Of a stretch of 52,938 bases of DNA, positions 33,996 to 42,591 are shown piece by piece. Below the pieces are notes generated by a model. That model did no database searches. It had not been told where the DNA came from and saw nothing but the letters and a program-made list of their open reading frames with translations. This stretch comes from an uncultured Candidatus Saccharibacteria bacterium (lineage in GTDB: Bacteria; Patescibacteriota; Minisyncoccia; JACQLN01): contig CAZGLK010000002.1 of NCBI GenBank assembly GCA_964526375.1, positions 1 to 52,938 of the forward strand. The letters run 5' to 3'. The translations under genes and the position numbers were made by a program. Every line of letters begins with the position of its first letter. Position 1 is the stretch's first letter.

Positions 33996-34368
33996 AAGGT
34001 CCCCGCCCTCGTCAAATCCCCGGTCACGGAGCCGGGGTTGCCCGAAAGTCCACGGGCGTAAAAGTATGGGTAAAAGGCCAGGGGGTTGCCTGACGCGCAC
34101 TCGTCAAAAACCCTCTCTGTTCTCCGCCCAAGGCGGACTGACGAGCTCCCACTTTCGCCAAGAAGCTTCAGCGGGCAGGCAAAAGAGTGGAAACAGACCG
34201 CCGTGGTGGGCGGACGAGAATTGGGGAAATCTTTTATGCCCCCCTGATTCGCAAAAACACCAGTCCTTATAAAGCTGTGAGCTGGAAAAATCTCTCTCCT
34301 TGGTTTTGTTGAAGGTTCTTTGAGAATTTTTAACGAAACAATCCAGTTCGCAGCTTTATGGGGGCTAC

Positions 34369-34403
34369 CAAAACCGCCCCGATGTTATGTCGGGGCGGTT
34401 TTG
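34369..34403. terminator. Hairpin at the right edge of the island
   Basis: The hairpin is CAAAACCGCCCC-GATGTTATGTC-GGGGCGGTTTTG, preceded by GGGGGCTACC. It is nearly the same as 26791-26841. Confidence 0.7.
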
Positions 34404-34432
34404 TTGTATATTTGTTGTATAATGGGACTATT

Positions 34433-34702
34433 ATGGAAAAAGAAACAATCGGCTTGGAGTCCGAAGTGCATCCCCCGGAGCCAAACATCAGAGATACCAA
34501 TTTTATACAGAGGGACTTGATTACCCGTTCCGGCCAAAATCCGCTGGAATGGATAAAGGAAAAGTCCGATGAGATTCAGAAACTGGTTAATTCGCGGCCA
34601 GAGCTTTTTTACGGCTATGCCGAACTAAATGAAGAGGAAAAAGTCCTGCGGTTGAAATCGGTGGAAGCAGAATTAAACCAGTTTCTCAAAGAAGCTATCT
34701 AG
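34433..34702 (+). CDS. Hypothetical small protein
   Basis: The ATG at 34433 (MEKETIG) has a TATAAT at 34419-34424 upstream. The track start at 34358 lies within the hairpin. Confidence 0.55.
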   Translation: MEKETIGLESEVHPPEPNIRDTNFIQRDLITRSGQNPLEWIKEKSDEIQKLVNSRPELFYGYAELNEEEKVLRLKSVEAELNQFLKEAI

Positions 34703-34706
34703 TTCA

Positions 34707-35735
34707 TTATATCAATCTATTCTGCGGCGTTTTGATTCCCATGTGTTGGTACGCCGCCATGGTAACCTCCCGTCCCCGCGGGGTGCGGTTTATAAATCCA
34801 AGCTGCAGCAAATAAGGTTCGTAAACTTCCAAAATTGTGTTTTCTTCCTCGCCGGTGGAAGCGGCCAGGGCCTGCAGGCCCACCGGCCCGCCGTTAAACT
34901 TTTTTATTATCATCTCCAAAATTTTCCTGTCCACATTTTCCAAACCCAGCTCATCCACACTTAACATGCCCAAGCCCTTTTGGGCCGCGGCCAGAGAAAC
35001 GGCGCCGTCGGCTTTTACCTGGGCGTAGTCGCGCACTCTTTTTAGCAGGCGGTTAGCCACGCGCGGGGTTTGGCGGCTGCGGGAAGCGATCAGTTTAAGG
35101 CCAGCCCCGTCGGCTTTTACATTTAAGATTTTTGCCGAGCGCGTTAATATTTTTTCTATATCTGCGTTTTCGTAAAACTCAAGTTTGTAAGTGGCGCCGA
35201 AGCGGCTTCTAAAAGCCGAGCTCAAGCCGCCGATGTTGGTGGTGGCGCCTATTAGGGTGAAGCGGGAGAGTTTAAGCTGAATGGTGCGGGCCGAAGGCCC
35301 TTTGCCGATAACAATGTCAAAAACAAAATCCTCCATGGCCGGGTAGAGCATCTCCTCCACCGTTTTGTTTAGGCGGTGGACTTCGTCTATAAACAAGATG
35401 TCGCCGTCTTTAAGGTTAGTGAGAATGGCTCCCAGATCGCCGGTTTTTTCTATGGCTGGGCCGGAGGTTATTTTAATGTTTTTACCAAGCTCATGGGCAA
35501 TAATGTGGGCCAGAGTGGTTTTGCCCAAGCCGGCCGGGCCGTAAAGCAAAATATGCTCTATGGGCTCGTTTCGTTTTTGGGCCGCGCCCAAAAAAATCTT
35601 CAGATTTTCCTTTATCTGATTTTGGCCGATGTAATCCTCCAGGCGATTTGGTCGCAGGGTTTGGTCCAGGACTTCGTCTTCGGGTTGTCCCCGTAGAATT
35701 TCTTTACGGGGTTGGTTGTTTTTTGGGGTCGGCAT
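34707..35735 (-). CDS. ruvB: Holliday junction helicase RuvB
   Basis: The 342-aa ORF has Walker [10 protein letters not shown], the segment [10 protein letters not shown], and the C-terminal [10 protein letters not shown]. Confidence 0.96.
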   Translation of the reverse strand: MPTPKNNQPRKEILRGQPEDEVLDQTLRPNRLEDYIGQNQIKENLKIFLGAAQKRNEPIEHILLYGPAGLGKTTLAHIIAHELGKNIKITSGPAIEKTGDLGAILTNLKDGDILFIDEVHRLNKTVEEMLYPAMEDFVFDIVIGKGPSARTIQLKLSRFTLIGATTNIGGLSSAFRSRFGATYKLEFYENADIEKILTRSAKILNVKADGAGLKLIASRSRQTPRVANRLLKRVRDYAQVKADGAVSLAAAQKGLGMLSVDELGLENVDRKILEMIIKKFNGGPVGLQALAASTGEEENTILEVYEPYLLQLGFINRTPRGREVTMAAYQHMGIKTPQNRLI

Positions 35736-35811
35736 GGCTTTTTGCTAATATTATCCACAATTTCTTCCACACTTTATTCACACCCGCTCTTTTTGGGGGT
35801 GCTTGTGGTGC

Positions 35812-35840
35812 TTGACATGGGTGTTTTTTAGGAATAAAAT
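35812..35840 (+). promoter_or_regulatory. Near-consensus promoter with no downstream plus-strand ORF
   Basis: TTGACA lies at 35812-35817 and TAAAAT at 35835-35840, with a 17-nt spacer. Confidence 0.55.
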
Positions 35841-35846
35841 GGAGGC

Positions 35847-36015
35847 ATAATAAGGCTGGTAGATCTGTGGGCAAAGGGAATCTTATTCAGTTTTAGGCTG
35901 GTTTGGTTGCCTGTCTAGGCGGGTGACTGGGCCAATCCTCGGTAAGTTTCTCTCCCTGTGTTTCCCAAGATTCGGGGGTTGCCCCGCTTCGGCGGGGCTT
36001 GCCCACAGATGTGCC
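35847..36015 (+). ncRNA. Candidate structured ncRNA (class unknown)
   Basis: A 12-bp closing helix pairs ATCTGTGGGCAA (35863-35874) with TTGCCCACAGAT (35999-36010). An inner helix pairs GAATCTT with AAGATTC. A hairpin GCCCCGC-TTCG-GCGGGGC carries a UUCG loop. Confidence 0.45.
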
Positions 36016-36028
36016 AGTCTGCGCGCCC

Positions 36029-37693
36029 TCACACCGCCGCACTGGTTACCCTCTCAATCTCCTCTAAAGTAGTTTCTCCTTCCAGCACTCTCATTAGGCC
36101 GTCTTGGTACATGGTTACAAAACCGGCTTTTTTAGCTTGGGCAAAAACCAGTTGGTGAGTGGGGCTTTGGCCAATCAATTTTTCCATTTCGCTGTCCACC
36201 GCCAACACCTCAAAAACGCCGATCCGTCCTTTGTAACCGGTGCCGCCGCAGCGCTCACAGCCGACGGCTTGATATGTTTTTGGCGGCTCGGGCCAGGGGA
36301 AAATATCTTCAACAAATTTTGAGTCGTACAATTCTTTTTTAATTTGTTCCATTTTGGCCGGATCCAAATTCGCCTCCTTTTTGCATTGCGGGCACAGCCG
36401 GCGCACCAATCTCTGGGCTATTACCAAATTCAGGGCCGAAGCCAAAATGGGCGGCTTGGCATTAAGGTCTAAAAAGCGCGGTATGGCGCCGACGGCATTG
36501 TTGGTATGCAGTGTTGAAAAAACCAAGTGCCCGGTTAAGGCGGCGTGCAGGGCTACATCGGCGGTTTCTTCGTCGCGAATCTCGCCCACCAGAATAATGT
36601 TGGGGTCTTGCCTCAAAACCGAGCGCAGGCCCTGGGCAAAGGTGTAGCCCTTTTCGGCCTCAATCTGCGACTGATTGATGCCGGTTAAGTGGTATTCTAT
36701 GGGATCCTCCAGGGTAACTATTTTAACCCCGGGCTGGTTGAGTGTTTTTAAGAAACCGTAAAGCGTGGTGGTTTTGCCAGAACCGGTTGGTCCGGTTACC
36801 AAAATTATGCCGGTGGGCTTTTTAATTTCACGCTCCAGAATCTGCCACAGCCAATCGCGCAAGCCCAAGTCTTTAACTTCCAGCTTTACGGCATTAGGGT
36901 TGAGAATGCGCAGAACAATATATTCGCCGTAAGCTCCGGGCAGAATTGAGGTTCTAACCTCAACCTCTAATCCGCCCTCCTTTATTGTGAACCTCCCGTC
37001 TTGGGGAACATCTTTTACATTTAACTGCAGTCCGGAAAGAAGTTTAACGCGCGAGAGTATCAAGTGGTAGGTGTTAGGCGCGATATTGCCGGTGTCTTGC
37101 AGAATGCCGTCCAGGCGAAAACGAATCTGGGTTTGATTTTGTTGAGGTTCAATGTGCACATCAGAGGCATCCAGGTTTAAGGCGGCGCTTAAAAAGACTT
37201 CCAGCAATAGGCTGGTGTCGCCGGCGCCAACAGCAGCGATTTTGTTTTTTAGAGCGGCAAAAGTGGTCAGTTCTTTTTTAAGAGCTTCAATTTGCTCCAG
37301 CGAAACTTCTCCCGAAACAGCGGCCCCTTTGCCTTGGACAGCGATAAACTTAAACTCGCCCAGAGCTTTTTTAAACGAGGAGCGCGAGATCATCAAAACT
37401 TCTACCTTAAAACTCTGCGACTTGAGCCGCTCCAAAACCTGCAATGTTTCCTGATTGGCTGGATCCAGCAGGCCCACTTTTAGGTTTTGGCCGCTTTTTT
37501 GAATTACCACCGCGCCCGATCTTTCGGCCTCGGCTTGGGGTATAATGGCCAAACTGTCGCGCTGTACTGGAATTAAAGTAAGGTCAACATAAGCCGCGCC
37601 GGCCTTTTGAGCCAGTCTTTCGGTTTGTTCCTCTTCTTCTTTGCGCTTAACCTCGGTTAGTTTTTGTTCGCGCTCTTGGTCTAGAGTGGACAT
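36029..37693 (-). CDS. pilB: GspE/PilB-family secretion/pilus assembly ATPase
   Basis: The 554-aa ORF has Walker A GPTGSGKTTT, the segments VGEIRD and TGHLVFSTLHTN, and the Cys motif CPQCK...CERCGGTGYKGR. Confidence 0.93.
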   Translation of the reverse strand: MSTLDQEREQKLTEVKRKEEEEQTERLAQKAGAAYVDLTLIPVQRDSLAIIPQAEAERSGAVVIQKSGQNLKVGLLDPANQETLQVLERLKSQSFKVEVLMISRSSFKKALGEFKFIAVQGKGAAVSGEVSLEQIEALKKELTTFAALKNKIAAVGAGDTSLLLEVFLSAALNLDASDVHIEPQQNQTQIRFRLDGILQDTGNIAPNTYHLILSRVKLLSGLQLNVKDVPQDGRFTIKEGGLEVEVRTSILPGAYGEYIVLRILNPNAVKLEVKDLGLRDWLWQILEREIKKPTGIILVTGPTGSGKTTTLYGFLKTLNQPGVKIVTLEDPIEYHLTGINQSQIEAEKGYTFAQGLRSVLRQDPNIILVGEIRDEETADVALHAALTGHLVFSTLHTNNAVGAIPRFLDLNAKPPILASALNLVIAQRLVRRLCPQCKKEANLDPAKMEQIKKELYDSKFVEDIFPWPEPPKTYQAVGCERCGGTGYKGRIGVFEVLAVDSEMEKLIGQSPTHQLVFAQAKKAGFVTMYQDGLMRVLEGETTLEEIERVTSAAV

Positions 37694-37700
37694 GGAATTG

Positions 37701-37816
37701 TTGATAACATAATCCCAAAAATCCTAATGTATCCTAATGCTCCGAATGAATTATGAATAAGGAATTAAGTATTGGGAGCATTCGGATAAATTCGTAGTTT
37801 GGGATTATTTTATCAG
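37701..37816. repeat. Family-A long palindrome
   Basis: The sequence is TTGATAACATAATCCCAAAAATCCTAATGTATCCTAATGCTCCGAATGA ... GGGAGCATTCGGATAAATTCGTAGTTTGGGATTATTTTATC. Confidence 0.85.
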
Positions 37817-37923
37817 CTGTTTCTATTTTATTACATTTCCTCTTTTTCTTACACTTGACACAGAATAGCTTATCTGGTATCCTTGAGGAAAAGTTTTGTT
37901 CTTTGACAGAAAGGAGCAAGTCT

Positions 37924-38214
37924 ATGACTCTTTTTGAGGAAAGTGCACTGGCTTGGTCGCAAATGACCTCGTCCGAGCGAGTTTTGTTTCTAAACGAGCT
38001 CAAGGCGGAGGTTGCCTCTGGCCAGCTTTGGATGCAGACCGCGGCCGAGGGCTGGGCGGCCATGGAAAGTTTTGACCGGTTGCCCCAAGACCTTAGGGGC
38101 CGCCTGATGATGGCAGTGACTTCGTCGGGCTTTTCGCTGGAGCGGTACAAGGTCTGCCGGCGGGTGCTTTTGGCCCGGAAAGAACAACTCAAAAACGGAG
38201 GTGCCGGAAAATGA
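37924..38214 (+). CDS. Hypothetical small helical protein (first gene of a G+C-rich trio)
   Basis: The ATG at 37924 follows GAAAGGAG. A TTGACA at 37855-37860 lies 17 nt before TATCCT. The gene overlaps the next ORF by 4 nt. Confidence 0.55.
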   Translation: MTLFEESALAWSQMTSSERVLFLNELKAEVASGQLWMQTAAEGWAAMESFDRLPQDLRGRLMMAVTSSGFSLERYKVCRRVLLARKEQLKNGGAGK

Positions 38215-38879
38215 TTACCAGATTAATGTTTTTGGCGCTGGCGCTGGCCGTTTTATTTCTGGCTTTTTTAGCCGGTTGCGCCACCACGCGAGTTGTGCTG
38301 ATTCGCGAGGAAGAGGGCATACGTTTGCCCATCCGCGCGCTTAAAGATGTGCCCGAGATTGCCCCCGGCACGGTTTTGTTCGTCAACCGCACACCCGGGG
38401 TATGGCGAACTTGTGTTGTTTACCCGGGTCAGTGGAATGCCGACCAGCTGATAGTCGGTGGGCTGGACGGCAATTACCATCTGCGCGTGGAACCTAACTT
38501 TCGGCCGGTTGGCTACTTTAAAGTGCCGCCGGCCTTGGGCGGCCCGCGTCATCCATTTTACAAAGAGCGATTGGCAGGATTTTTTGACCGCGGCACTGCC
38601 TATACGGTGATAGTAATAACCAAAAGCTTTACAGGCAGAGTGTTGCAGATGGATGTGTTTGGTTTCCAGATGAGCGACCGCTACGGGGAAAGGTATTATT
38701 ATTACCCCACCCTAGGCCCTGCGGCTGCCTTGGACATCCAGGTGTCGCGCTCGGTCAATCATGTGGAGCACTTACCTGACTACTATCCCGACAGGGTCGG
38801 AAATGATATCCGACTCTTGATCATTGTTGACCCCAACCAGCTTCTGCGGGATGCTCTGCAGGACTACCTAGATCCATGA
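38211..38879 (+). CDS. Hypothetical lipoprotein
   Basis: The 222-aa ORF has a signal peptide with the lipobox FLAGC. Confidence 0.65.
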   Translation: MITRLMFLALALAVLFLAFLAGCATTRVVLIREEEGIRLPIRALKDVPEIAPGTVLFVNRTPGVWRTCVVYPGQWNADQLIVGGLDGNYHLRVEPNFRPVGYFKVPPALGGPRHPFYKERLAGFFDRGTAYTVIVITKSFTGRVLQMDVFGFQMSDRYGERYYYYPTLGPAAALDIQVSRSVNHVEHLPDYYPDRVGNDIRLLIIVDPNQLLRDALQDYLDP

Positions 38880-38891
38880 GGAGGCGGTGTT

Positions 38892-39320
38892 ATGAAATTT
38901 TTATGCTTCTGCCTCTTTATGATTTTGGCGGGCTGTTATCGGGTGGAATATGTCTCCCTGCGCCGGCCGCAGTTTCCCGAACCGGTGCGGGCAGACACAG
39001 TGGAAGTCAAAGACTGCGAATATCAACCGCCGCCCGATATGGTCTATTCCAACCACGGCGATGATCCCAGCGCGGTGGGGTTTGTAAACGAAACACCCTA
39101 TCGCGCCAAGGTAGAGGTGGACGGCGGCCGCGGGCAGACGATTGTGGTTGGTCCGCACAAAGAGAGCCCGTGGATTCACTTTAACCAGGGCCGTCACAAA
39201 TTGAAAATCATTTTGGAGCGGCCGACCAAGCACTATGGCGTTTGGCAGGTGGTGCGCGACCAGGAGATAGAAATAACTCCTGCCGGCCACCCCCAGGTTG
39301 TCCGCATTGGTGATCCCTGA
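38892..39320 (+). CDS. Hypothetical lipoprotein
   Basis: The 142-aa ORF has a signal peptide with the lipobox ILAGC. Confidence 0.65.
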   Translation: MKFLCFCLFMILAGCYRVEYVSLRRPQFPEPVRADTVEVKDCEYQPPPDMVYSNHGDDPSAVGFVNETPYRAKVEVDGGRGQTIVVGPHKESPWIHFNQGRHKLKIILERPTKHYGVWQVVRDQEIEITPAGHPQVVRIGDP

Positions 39321-39521
39321 TCTTGTCCAACATTCGGTGTCCGACATCGGGTGTTGGACATCGGACATTGTGGTGTGCAAAACCCCTGCTTGTTGGATTG
39401 GCTGGGGTTTTGTACACTTATAACATATCATAGCAGGTCTCCTTAATGTTCTTTCGAAGGAGGTGATTTATCAAAGAAACAAAATCATCTTCATAATGAA
39501 GTTCTGTCTTGGCAGCAAGCC

Positions 39522-39567
39522 AGCCGCTCTTGCCCCCAGTTCTCCCCGGCAAGAGCGGCTTTTTTTA
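39522..39567 (+). terminator. Strong intrinsic terminator
   Basis: A 13-bp stem pairs AGCCGCTCTTGCC with GGCAAGAGCGGCT, followed by TTTTTTT. Confidence 0.75.
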
Positions 39568-39598
39568 TTCGTTTCTGTCTGCTACGATTCATTTAATT

Positions 39599-40075
39599 AT
39601 GCGGCTGGTTTTGAAAAATCTTAAAGATACCCAAAAACTGGCCAAAAGACTGGCCAAAGAGTGGCTGTGTCAAACCGGTCCCTTGACCATCGCCCTGTAC
39701 GGCGGTTTGGGCGCGGGCAAGACAACCTTTGTTCAATTTTTTGCCAGAGCGGTGGGGGCAAAGGATAAAGTGTTGAGCCCGACTTTTTTAATTATCAAGG
39801 CTCTCTGTCTTGATGCGCGGATTGACGCGGATCAAAGACGGATATACGCGGATATACTTAAGTATAAAAGATTGATCCATATTGATTGTTATCGTCTAAA
39901 GTCGGCCAAAGAGCTTGTTGCCTTGGGGCTCAAAGACATTTTAAGAGATAAAGAAAACATTGTGGTTATAGAATGGCCGGAGAAGATCGCCCGATATTTA
40001 CCGGGGAGCACGAAGAAGGTTTGGTTTGAAGTGGTGGGAGAGAAAGAAAGAAAAATCATTATTAAAAATATCTAA
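39599..40075 (+). CDS. tsaE: tRNA t6A biosynthesis protein TsaE, carrying a repeat-derived insertion
   Basis: The ATG at 39599 gives an ORF with P-loop GGLGAGKTTF, SPTF and HIDCYRL. About 15 extra aa between SPTF and HIDCYRL are encoded by GCGCGGAT/ACGCGGAT words. Confidence 0.85.
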   Translation: MRLVLKNLKDTQKLAKRLAKEWLCQTGPLTIALYGGLGAGKTTFVQFFARAVGAKDKVLSPTFLIIKALCLDARIDADQRRIYADILKYKRLIHIDCYRLKSAKELVALGLKDILRDKENIVVIEWPEKIARYLPGSTKKVWFEVVGEKERKIIIKNI

Positions 40076-40232
40076 TTTCTAATATCTAATTTCTAATAAA
40101 ATGACTAATTCCCAAACATCTAAAATCTTGGTTTGGTATTGGTCATTAGGCATTTGGAATTGATTGGAAATTAGAAATTGTCTCCCTTCGGGAGATCTCC
40201 CGTAGGGAGAGTAATTGGAAATTTTCCAACAC
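40076..40232. repeat. Family-C palindromic word repeats
   Basis: The arms are ATCTAATTTCTAATATCTAATTTCTAAT and TTGGAAATTAGAAATTG. TCTCCCTTCGGGAGA and TCTCCCGTAGGGAGA mini-hairpins are also present. A similar block lies at 52097-52220. Confidence 0.7.
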
Positions 40233-40233
40233 T

Positions 40234-42591
40234 ATGGCAAGCAACAGAGAATTGGTGATTATAGATTCCCACGCCTTGATCCACCGCGCTTACCACGCCC
40301 TGCCGCCCTTAAGTTCGCCCCAAGGCGAGCCGGTGCAGGCGGTCTATGGTTTTACCAGTATATTGATTAAGGTGCTAAAGGAATTAAAACCCGACTATGT
40401 GGCCGCGGCTTTTGACGTGGCCGGGCCGGTTTTTCGCCAAGCCGAGTTAAAAAGCTACAAAGCCCAGCGCCCTGAAACCGAAAGCGATCTGGCCAGCCAG
40501 TTTCCCTGGGTTAGGCAGGTGCTTGAGGCCGTGGGCATACCGGTACTGGAAAAGTTTGGTTTTGAGGCCGATGATGTCATCGGTACCATAGTTGAGAAAA
40601 CCAAAAACGAATCTGGTTTGGAAACCATTATCGTCACCGGTGACCTGGATGCTCTGCAGTTGGTTCGTGGCGAGCGGGTGAGGGTTTACACCCTGCGCAA
40701 GGGTATCACCGACACCGTTATCTACAATGAAAAGGCGGTTAAGGAACGTTTTGGCGGTTTGGGCCCGGAGCAAATGACCGATTACAAGGGCTTAAAGGGT
40801 GATCCTTCGGACAATATCCCCGGCGTACCGGGGGTGGGTGAAAAAACTGCTATTGAACTCTTGAAGGAATACGGTAGCTTAGAGAATATGTACGGCAAGG
40901 TGGAAAAATTCTCCGCCGAAGGCGGATCCGCCTCTGGCGGAAAAATCCAAAACCCCCCGAAGCAGAGCAGGCTCGCTACGGGGCAGGCAAAACTATTTGA
41001 TAAACTCCTGGCGCACAAAGAGCAGGCGTTTTTGAGCAAGCGAATGGCCGTGATTAGGCGGGATGTGCCGGTGGATTTTGATTTGTCTCAAGCCAAGTTC
41101 AGTCCGGTGGTTGATGACAATGCCAAAAACATATTTAATCGTTTGGGCTTTAAGAGTTTGCTGGGGCGGTGGGGTGAGCTGGCTGATAGTTGGAATGGGA
41201 AGGTTGGCACGAAGTCAGGAATCTCACAGAGTATCCTTCGGGATCGTGATAGTAACAATGACAATGACAATGACAATGACGATGACAATGACGATGACAA
41301 TGACGATGACAATAACGAATATGATGAATTGGAGGTCTACTACAAAAAAGGCATTTTTTCGGAACGAATTTATAAACTGGAAAAGGCCTTACGGCCGGTT
41401 TTGCGGCGCATGGAGGCGGTTGGTTTTTTGGTGGATGTTAAGGCGCTGAAAAGTTTGGAGATAAAAATAAACAGGGAATTGGAGCGGGTTAAAAAAGTAG
41501 TGGTGTCGTTGGCCGGTGAGGAGTTTAATTTAAACTCCACTCAAGAACTGGGCCGGATTCTTTTTGAGAAAATCGGTTTGGGCGGAGTCCGGGTTAAAAA
41601 AACCAAAACCGGGGCTTATTCCACCGCTTTTGATCAGTTGGAGAAAATAAAAACCAGCCACCCCATTGTGCCCCTAATGTTAAAATGGCGCGAGCTGTCT
41701 AAACTCCAGTCCACTTATGTGGAGGCCTTGCCCAAATTGGTCAGCCGCGCTGATGGTCGTATCCACACCACCTTTAAGCAGTTGGGCGCGGTTACCGGGC
41801 GGTTGGCTTCGGAGAATCCCAATGTGCAGAATATCCCCATTAGAGGAGAATATGGTCTGGAAATCCGCAAGGCCTTTGTGGCTCGGCCGGGTTTTGTTAT
41901 TCTTTCGGCTGATTATTCTCAAATAGAACTGCGGGTGGCCGCGGCTTTGTCGGGCGACGAGAAAATGATAGAAACATTTAAGCGCGGCGAGGATATTCAT
42001 GCCCGCACCGCCGCCGAAATTTTTAATGTATTGCCGAGCGAGGTTACCAAAGATATGCGCCAGGCGGCCAAGACTCTAAACTTTGGAGTGCTTTATGGTA
42101 TGGGTCCGCGGGCTTTTGCCCAGGCGGCCGGGGTGAGTTTTGAGGAGGCCAAAAAATTCATCCATGAATATGAAAATGGCTTTGCGGGCTTGGCTAGGTT
42201 TATTCGCGAGCTTAAAGACAAAGCCCGCGCGCAGGGTTTTGTGGAAACCTTGTGGGGCCGAAAACGGTTTGTTGATTTATCCTCGCCCAACCCCATGCTG
42301 CGCGCTGCCGCCGAGCGCGAGGCCGTTAACATGCCTATTCAAGGCACGGCCACGGGTGATATCATTAAAGCCGCCATGGTGGCTTTGGACAAAGCCCTCG
42401 GGCCAGCCGCGGACATTTACATGATTCTGCAGGTGCACGATGAGTTGGTGTTTGAGGTTAAAAAAGAGGTGCTAGAAAAGTACGCGCCGATCATTAAAAA
42501 AACAATGGAAAATGTAATCAAACTGGCAGTGCCGTTGGCGGTGGAGCTGGAGGCGGGGAGGAGTTGGGGGGAACTAAAAAAGATAACATAA
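40234..42591 (+). CDS. polA: DNA polymerase I (5'-nuclease + polymerase domains)
   Basis: The 785-aa ORF contains DSHALIHRAYHA and LTGDPSDNIPGVPGVGEKTA (5'-nuclease). The polymerase motifs are SADYSQIELR and QVHDELVFE. A (D/N)-only tract lies at the domain junction. Confidence 0.95.
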   Translation: MASNRELVIIDSHALIHRAYHALPPLSSPQGEPVQAVYGFTSILIKVLKELKPDYVAAAFDVAGPVFRQAELKSYKAQRPETESDLASQFPWVRQVLEAVGIPVLEKFGFEADDVIGTIVEKTKNESGLETIIVTGDLDALQLVRGERVRVYTLRKGITDTVIYNEKAVKERFGGLGPEQMTDYKGLKGDPSDNIPGVPGVGEKTAIELLKEYGSLENMYGKVEKFSAEGGSASGGKIQNPPKQSRLATGQAKLFDKLLAHKEQAFLSKRMAVIRRDVPVDFDLSQAKFSPVVDDNAKNIFNRLGFKSLLGRWGELADSWNGKVGTKSGISQSILRDRDSNNDNDNDNDDDNDDDNDDDNNEYDELEVYYKKGIFSERIYKLEKALRPVLRRMEAVGFLVDVKALKSLEIKINRELERVKKVVVSLAGEEFNLNSTQELGRILFEKIGLGGVRVKKTKTGAYSTAFDQLEKIKTSHPIVPLMLKWRELSKLQSTYVEALPKLVSRADGRIHTTFKQLGAVTGRLASENPNVQNIPIRGEYGLEIRKAFVARPGFVILSADYSQIELRVAAALSGDEKMIETFKRGEDIHARTAAEIFNVLPSEVTKDMRQAAKTLNFGVLYGMGPRAFAQAAGVSFEEAKKFIHEYENGFAGLARFIRELKDKARAQGFVETLWGRKRFVDLSSPNPMLRAAAEREAVNMPIQGTATGDIIKAAMVALDKALGPAADIYMILQVHDELVFEVKKEVLEKYAPIIKKTMENVIKLAVPLAVELEAGRSWGELKKIT

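Noticed and set aside
33996-34350. RNase P RNA, suggested by CCGAAAGTCCACGGGCG resembling the P4/CR-I motif GGAAAGUCCGGGC.
   Set aside because: I could find no CR-V / P4 3'-strand partner (ACAGAA..CCGGCUUA-like). There are no P1/P2 terminal pairings either, and the location inside an accessory island is unlikely for an essential RNA. A covariance-model search should still be run.
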